Shown here: positions 54,571-64,000 of the stretch, one piece after another | How positions within the stretch are numbered: position 1 is the stretch's first letter | Layout: each line of letters begins with the position of its first letter | Assembly: GCF_009914755.1 (NCBI RefSeq) | Contig: NC_060926.1 | Direction: 5' to 3' (one strand) | Length of the DNA stretch: 64,000 nucleotides | From: the human T2T-CHM13v2.0 reference genome, Homo sapiens | The notes under the pieces: generated by a model | Database searches by the model: none | The model's input: the letters and a program-made list of their open reading frames with translations, nothing else | Told to the model about the DNA's origin: nothing | Position numbers and translations under genes: made by a program

Positions 54571-55557
54571 TATATTGTAATTGTATCAGGAAAATGAGAA
54601 CCATAATTTACAACTGCTTTTAATACTGCACTTGGATGTTTGAAATCACGTACATGGAAATGAGCTCTATGTGCATGAGGGAGGATAGCAAATTGATGCC
54701 AAAATAATGCAAATGCAAATCTTACACTCATTTCTATGTAGGTTTCATTTAATCTTTGAAATTAAAGTGAAATTAAAAGATTGTGATATTTTGATGAAGT
54801 TAGACTAAAATGAACAATAACCAAATAAGAACTCACTTACATTCTTTATATGGTCAATAAAGAAGTGATAGTGGAAAAAAACAAGATCAAATGAAGGTGA
54901 TGATTTAGGAAGTTGGAAAGATAGCTGAAACTACAAAATGGTATATAACCAGTGAACACTTAGACACACTGATTGATGAACTTCAGCTTTTGGCTTGGTG
55001 AGAGCATAAAATGAGAGCAGCTGAGGTTTGCAAATTTGTAATCTCCTTGTGGAAAAACAGGGGAAAACACATCTCAGCCTAATAAGATTTATCTACTAAA
55101 GAGTCTAGACTTGATCCATTTGTCCTTGTAATTCAAAAGCTAATTCAAATACTGATTTGATGTATTGTGTGAACAACCATTGCTGATTATCATCGCATAC
55201 CTGGCATTCTCTTTTATCTGATATCTAAAATATTTGGTAATTCCTGGACTTTCTCTTTTCAAACCCAGTACGGTTTAATTTGAGTGTTAGAACAGTTGTC
55301 TTTGAGAAATTCTTCCCTCTACTGCATCTGTGAATGGGCATAGCATGGTTACATACATACTGTCACTCCATAGAACATTTGTTAAATTAAAGCCAAAGTT
55401 TAAAGCAAGAGCTTTAACTTACTGGTTTTACTAATGTTTTCCTCCCCAATAGCCACAACAATATTGATACCCTCACACCTTTTAACATAAAGCTTGGTGT
55501 TGTCTATTTTTCAGGTGCTGTCATCTATATGATCTCAGTATTTTAAAAATCAGCTTC

Positions 55558-55870
<313 letters not shown>

Positions 55871-57440
55871 CAGCTCTCATTGATTTCTATGTAAATATGC
55901 ACAGGTGATGTCCATATAGACATAAATAATAATATTTCTGACAATGGGTCCATATGATCTTCAAAATGTAAAATGCCTATCTGTGTAATTGACTGGTTAG
56001 TCTCATTAATGAATATAGATTCAATTCTACTTTCTTGTTCTAGATAAATTATATAATCTAGCTTTTCATTTCACTTATTTACTGATAACAACAGGAAGAA
56101 TGACAAGATATCTATTTTGGAAAATTACTCTGGTAGGAGTAAAGATGAAACAATGATAGAATTGCACGGAAAACTAGAAAAAAGTATGGTCTTCTGATAT
56201 TCTATCACATCACATACTAAAGGCCTCATAAAACTCAGATATTTTATCTAAAAATGTTATTTTCATCATAGGAATGATCAAAGCATGAGACTACAATTGT
56301 ATTAAAATGTGCTTGTATCACAAGCACAGGTGCTAAAAAGGAGGGGAAAACATCCTTACTGATATTTTCAACGTATGTTTTACTTTTCATCAACATGAAC
56401 CTCAAGTTGATATGATGCAGATTGAAGGAAATCACCCATAATTCCATATGAAGAAGGCCTGTGATATTTTATGGGAAAATAAATAGAGAAAATGCTAACA
56501 GAAACCCTATTAAGCATGAAGCTTTATGGAGTAAACACAAATCCAGTGGTGAATGATACACACTCCAGTTCTGTTTGTTGTCTTGGAACAATACGGTTTA
56601 GAGGTGACTGGCGGGTGAGGAGAACATATGCGAGTTCACCAAAGAGAAAAGCTGAATGAGGCAATGCCTCTTCCTGACCATATCTCTTACTCAGATAACT
56701 ATATAATTTATTGTCCAGTAAAGGGTATATTAAAAAATCATATTAAAAGTCATGCAGTGAAGTTGTCCAGGGAAATCAAGACTTAACAGTCTCACTCTGA
56801 CAATAATGAACAGGGGGATTCCCTCAAGATAGACTAGGACATGACCCCACACTGGCAGGTAGTAGTACCAGAAAAGAACCCATGGAAAATCTTTACCTTA
56901 TGCTTGAGGTAGGGACCAGGCTAAAGTGAAAGCCAGACATAAAATTCTATCTAAAATAAATCCACAATCGAAGAAAATATGTGGTGTACAGGCATAGAAT
57001 GTCTTTACTGGATCATTGAAATAGTAAGATAAATTCAACTTTTACATTGTTTTCTTTTCCTCCAGTTAGGGCTTGAGGTTTGCCTCTGGAGAGTGACCGT
57101 CAATTGGAGCCCTGCCTTTCTGGGGTTCTGATCAGGGGGTTGTGGATGCTTAACATGTGCTTTTCACAGGACACTTCCTTACCCCAGCAGTGGCCAGGTG
57201 TGCATCCCACGACCAGGCCTCCCTCTCACAGAACATCTGTTGAGACTAGGAGATGCCTGGTGACTGTTGCCTGACCTGTGTCCTGTGTATTTCTGACAAG
57301 AGCCACTCTCAGAGACCCTGGCCAGGAGGAGAGTTAGGTTCCAGTGTAGGTCAGCTCAGACACATGGAGGCCACAGAACCAAACATGGGAAATCACAGAA
57401 GTAGGTTTATTACTCACAGATCCAGAGAGAAGAGGGTAGC

Positions 57441-57787
57441 TGAGAAGAGGGTTTAGCTGTGTCCCCAGCCAAATCTCATCTTGAATTCCCACATGTTGTG
57501 GGAGGGAACAGGTGGGAGGTAATTGAATCATGGGGGCAGGTCTTTCCCATGCTGTTCTTCTGATAGTGAATAAGTCTCACAAGATCTGATGGTTTTATAA
57601 AGAGGAGTTTCCCTGCACAAGCTCTCTTGTCTTGTCTGCTGCCATGTGAGACGTGCCTTTCAGCTTGCGCCATGATTGTGAGGCCTACCCAGCCATGTGG
57701 AACTGTGCGTGTATTAAACCTCTTTCTTCTAGAAATTACCCAGTCTTGGGCATGTCTTTACCGGTGGTGTGAAAATGGACTAATACA
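57441..57787 (+). mobile_element. THE1-family MaLR solo LTR with TSD
   Basis: gctgtgtcccc..ccaaatctcatcttgaattcccacatgttgtgggaggg...gtgaaaatggactaataca; TSD gtagc at 57436-57440 and 57788-57792. Confidence 0.92.
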
Positions 57788-60109
57788 GTAGCACACCTCA
57801 TAGGGCTGAACAAAATGGGGAAGATGAGTGGGGAGCGGGAGAGAGAAAAGGGGTCTGTGGGACTCTAGCTTTTATTGGGCCCAGAACATTACCCAAATAA
57901 GTTTTCCACGGGGCACTAGTCGGTGGGGTGAGTGCCAGCAGGCACATTTCTTGACTCCCGCTGCAACCGAGCAGGTCACTCTGGCGTGTGGGGGCTGTCC
58001 ATGTGCGCTGTGAGGTCTGTGGGGTGAGTCAGGTAGGTTGTATCCAACGGTTCCATAGCTGGTAGTCACCAGGAGGAGGCAACTGTGTAGGGTCAATATC
58101 TGGGCCAGCCACACTGAGGAACTGTGAGGGTTAGAACTGGAAATTGTCAAGGGAATCTGAACCCAGCTACCATATGAGAGAGTTCAACTTATGTTCAATG
58201 TGAATGCCATGGCAATATTAAAAGGTAAGAATTCGCTCCATACGTGCTTGAGGTAAATAGGAGAAACCTAGAATTTATGTAAACAGTGAGAAGATTGGAT
58301 GCCTTTTCCATCACATATTTTAATACTAGCAGCATATTATATATGTCAATCCATCAGGCATTCAGAAATACATGCTTATGAAAATTTTTTGCACCATCAG
58401 ACAAAAGACAAGGGTAGAAGACATTTGTAACCCTATAAACACTAGTAAATTAAAAACAGAAGGACCTTTATGTCCTAACATATCTGCGTTGTGAAAGGCT
58501 GCCCTGTGAAATACGGGATTTCTTAAACATATTTTAAAAATCATAGGTGTCAATATTTTTTAGAAATCCATTTAAATTTTCTCTTGCTATTTTACAATGC
58601 CTATTTATTTATTTAGTGGCTCTGCTGATTTTGATGTATATCCTAAACTTTATATTTTCTTTAAAGGATGTTTTATACAACTTTATGTAAAATGTTTCAG
58701 TATCTTCACATTCTCTCCCTGTCCTTTTGTTTTGCTCTTATATGGTGGTCTTGAGTCTTTTCTCTGGCTTTTCAAACCTAGTAAGACTAAGACACTAAAG
58801 TAACTTTGCCCGTGGTTTGGTAATGCCTTCTAAAGCACATCCTAAGCTCTCGTGCATACAGGGGTCTCCCTTGAGCTCTGTGCTTTTGAGATCCCATATA
58901 CCTAAATTCCAGTACTCCAAATCAGTACTGCTCAGTTTTAGTTACTAAGTTTAAAAATGTCTTTTAATAGCAAGTTAGTTAAGTGCACTCTTGCTTCTTT
59001 CTTGACTGCTTGTATACGTGTATATTCCTTTAAATGAATCTTGGAATTTATTTAAAAGTTTTAAATTATACTAATGAAACTGTATATTGTTGTGAATTCA
59101 TAAGTGAATTTGGAAAGAATTTGTCTTTATGACACTAAATCCTTTTTATCCAAGAATCATATGTGTCTTTATATTTATTCCAGTCTATGTTTATATCACT
59201 GAGTAAATATATAGAAATGTAGATACATACAGCTGTAGTTATAGATACAAATATAGATATAACATGTTAAATCTATATCTATCCCATATAACATATATAC
59301 ATGTCATATGTGTGTGTGTATATATATATATGTTTATGTTATTAAAGAGCTCCCTTAAAATTTTTCTTTTATTTCCTATATAATTTTAGGTCGAGCTTGA
59401 ATTTTCCTTGTATAAACAAGCAAATATTTATACTAGTTTTAATACTGATGTTTAGACATTGTATCTTATTTTAGCATTGAATATTTTCACAATTATTATA
59501 AATATTATCTAATATTAATAATGTACCTGTTAAAAATATTTAAAATTTTACCTTTGAATTATTTTATTGTTGAATTAAAATTCCTTTAATATGATAGTAA
59601 ATTTCTATTTTATGCTTTCTCTATGCATATGCAAATTAATCTATCCACTTCTCTATCTCTATGTAGTAACATATGAAAATCAGGCCTCTATTCTTCTAAT
59701 GGACATACACATGTTTGCGTATAGAATATCAGACTCTTTATAGCATTTAAAATCTTTAAAGACATGAATATTGCCTTTTAACAAATATATTTTAGCATGT
59801 ACTGAGAATCCCCTATTTATTTTTAATTTGGGCTAATCAATATGATTGTTAATATTAGTGGATTACCAAATTTGGAAACACACTTTCACCCCCAAGGTGG
59901 ATATTTGTTTTATTTTGTTTGCCAATTTCTTGTCTTACTGTTTCAAATATTGTTGGATATTATTTTTATTTTATTTGGCATTTTAGTATCAACATTTGCA
60001 ATTGATGTACTCTACATATTTTTTCTTCAATATCTGGTGGGTTTTATAATTACTGCTATATTGGATTTGTAGTAGACATTGACAAAAATTATTCCTGTAT
60101 GTTTTATAG

Positions 60110-60660
60110 CTGTATGAGGGAAACTAATATATTTTACCCCTAAATATATTTCCTTGATATATTTCAAAATGGCTATTGAGAAGGGCTGGAAATGCAAACT
60201 TAGCTGCAAAGCTGTCTTGGGGAGATTTGCGTCAGTAGAGAATCTGCCTTGATGCAGCCAGGCTTTCTCTGAGGTCTGCCCCCTTGTCTGGATCTAGGAA
60301 AGGTTAACTGAGAGTCTGAGGTCTCCAAAGGTCTGAAAGAAACATTTTTTCTCTATTCTCTCTGAGGACTGCTCCCAGTGAGGTTCCACCTATGTAATAA
60401 GCCCACTGTCGCTAGCCAGGGTCGTTTTCTCACATAACCTTTTTTTTTTTTCCCTGTGATCCAAGACCCCATTCTTTCTGTAAACTTCATGTGGTAGATG
60501 AGCTTCTGCACGCATCGTGTGTCTGGGTCTTCGTTCTAAGGGCTCCAGTGTACACACATTGCAGAAACCTGTATGCCTTTTCTACTATTTATCTGCCTCC
60601 TATTAGTGATTTTCAGGGAAACTTCAGAAGGCAAAAGGGACATTCTCCTTTAGCCCATTC
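60110..60660 (+). mobile_element. MER34/MER39-group ERV1 LTR
   Basis: atattttacccctaaatata...aaatggctatt...agctgcaaagctgtcttggggagatttgc...cagggaaacttcagaaggcaaaaggg. Confidence 0.6.
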
Positions 60661-61402
60661 TCAGACAAAATCCCCCAACATTTAACTGATTCCTAATAGC
60701 TTAAAATCACTTTGAAAAATCCATATATTTATAACCTTTTCTTCCCTCTATGATTTCTGGTCAGCTTGGGTTTTGTTTTTCATTCCATTTACTTCATCCT
60801 CGAAAAGATCTATATTTATTCTCGTTTATGGACATTGAGAAAAGAAAATAACTTTCATGTGAGAAATGCAAGTCCTTTTAAATAATCAGGCCCAGAGAGA
60901 TATTCAAATGAGACAGCAGTTCTGTCCTGCTCCTCTTTGAGCTGTGTGTTCATCTAGGCTGCTTGCAGTTGCCACAGTAGCTATAAATTAACCAATAACG
61001 CCACTCCAGACACTATAATACACACCCAATAATAGTGTAACAGTGTATAGCCAGTCACTAATAAATGTTATTTCCATAAGCCAATGAGAATTTGTGACAA
61101 ACCTCTTTGGATCATCCCACTTCTGGACCCTTTTTTGCCTTTAAGAAACTGCTTGTTGCAAAGCTCCAAAGGGAGTTCATATCCAAGGATACGTGGGTCT
61201 GTTTCTTCCAGGCAGCTGTCCTCATTGTGGCTCAAGTAAACTCTTTGAATTACGTTTTGTGCTTCAGCCCCTTCCACTTAGATTAACAACATGGATTTGT
61301 GTCACCATGTACGGCAATTAAAATGTTCACACTTTTCCCCTCGAGGGCACTGATGTGTTTTCCTGAGCACTTGGAATAGCTACGTAGTGTTTGCTGTCTA
61401 GA

Positions 61403-61592
61403 TTATGGTTTCTCAACCTTGGTGCTACTTAACTTTAGGACCAGAGGATTCTTTGTTGTGGGAGGCTGCCCTAGCAATGCTAGGTGTTTCGTTTGACCTC
61501 TAAATTTCACACCTCCACCAGTCTTGACATCCCCACAATAACCCTAGACATTGACAAATGTCTCCTGGGGAAAACTCTCCACCAGTTGACAG
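61403..61592 (-). mobile_element. MER20 hAT-Charlie DNA transposon
   Basis: ggtttctcaaccttggtgctact...attctttgttgtgggaggctgccct...ctagacattgacaaatgtctcctgggg. Confidence 0.75.
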
Positions 61593-62569
61593 GCAAAGTT
61601 CTGGAAATGTTGGAATTGTCAATTGAGATTTTATGTTATCCAAAACAAATATTTTTCTTTGTTTTTAAACATCTACTTCCATCTACTTATCTACTTATTT
61701 TTACTTTTATTGGTAACTTAATTCCATCAAGGAGAGAGAGTGCATTTTCTGTTATGCTAAACTTTTGAAGAATGTATTGATTTTTTATGACCTGATATAT
61801 GGATGATATGTAGATATTACATGTTTGTATTATCAAATTTCAGGGCGATAATACAATAAATACTTATAATATTTATATTGTCACTGTATATTAGTTATTT
61901 TCTTTCTTCACTACAGGAGTTTTTCAACCTATAGGCTATTTTTCAATTCTAGGTTATCCAGTAGATTTTGAAATGTTATGATTAAATATCTACTTCTCAA
62001 GCATTCATCTTTGCAAATAAAACAATCCCAAGCTCTTATAATGCACATCATATAAAGGGCAGATTAGTCAACGTATGGTTCAGAAATAATTATGTAATAT
62101 TTATAATAAAATTAAAAATTTAGATCCTTAACTCAGATAACAATAATCCAAATTAAAATTTGATTTCATTACATAATTTAAAGTGACACCAGAATACTAG
62201 TAAAAATGTAGATTAGTTTATATCATCTTTTTTAGCTGTAGGACTTTATTAGCATAAATTCAAATACAGGAACCAAAGTAAGATTGAGACCTATAGTCAA
62301 AGGTTAAAATGTACACATTATAGGGGCATGATTAAACTAATTTAAAGCATAATAACATGGAGAAATATTGCAAAACATACATTTTACTGAATTAATTGTT
62401 AATATCTAATCATTATGTGAGAACAAAATTAAAGAGTAGCTACACAGGCACACACCCACACACAAGTGCAATATTGTCAAATAAACGATGTTCAGCTACA
62501 CTAGCAATCACACCTGTGTTTTCTCCACAGAAAAGATTAAAAATCACAATAATATTTATTGTACATATG

Positions 62570-63500
<931 letters not shown>

Positions 63501-64000
63501 CTATAGAGAAAAGACAAATATATAGGTGACAAATAATATTTAGAGGGTAAGACGCTTTTTAAAGGTATATTTGCAATTTGTGTCAAAACATTTAAATATA
63601 CATTTGTTATTTTGACTATAAAATTTCAAATAATTTAAGCCAAATACATAGTATATGCAGAAAATTTAGCAATATATCTATGTGGCACCTTACTGTGCAT
63701 TACTGTAACCAGCCGTCTAATATAAAGAATTAATTAAGGTAGCACCTACTTTTCAAATAGCGCATTTTTTTCACAGACCTATTAAATAAGACAAATAACA
63801 TTTAAACTTTATTTTTAAATTTGCAGAATAGTAGTTTTCAGCAGATGGTTTATTTTAGCAAATTCCATCTTCACATTGTGCTATGCTTTTATGAGTTCCA
63901 GCTGTTAACGGATACTATTTTACTGCTGAAACTATCATGTGTGATATAATTGCTCATTATGTGTCTTAAAACACAAGCAATATAATTATTTTCAACTTGG

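Overview
This is human (primate) DNA with no intact protein-coding gene. It is dense in Alu, L1, L2, MaLR, ERV and DNA-transposon relics, and reads as a pericentromeric-type segmental-duplication mosaic. In order it carries: (1) an isolated, frameshifted RING/B-box exon of a TRIM43-like gene (-, 7441-7844); (2) an isolated but intact 102-nt NAALAD2-like exon (+, 28177-28278); (3) an internally deleted HERV-L provirus with a second MLT2A LTR inserted inverted into its 3' LTR (29433-33998); (4) an IGKV1 orphon pseudogene with an open V exon and near-canonical 12-RSS but no start codon and a mutated octamer (-, 34949-35590); (5) a far older, highly decayed V-kappa relic, missed by the ORF track, head-to-head with the orphon (+, 36563-36869); (6) a ~600-bp CpG-rich CAAAAAGCCGCGG (GCTTTTTGC) array (42750-43352), followed by ~20 kb of AT-rich, repeat-filled sequence. 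I see no evidence of a new functional system. The most interesting signals are the cryptic V-kappa relic, the retained RSS, the orphan exons and several junction or template-switch scars. Repeat subfamilies and gene identities come from recalled consensus sequences, not from database searches.
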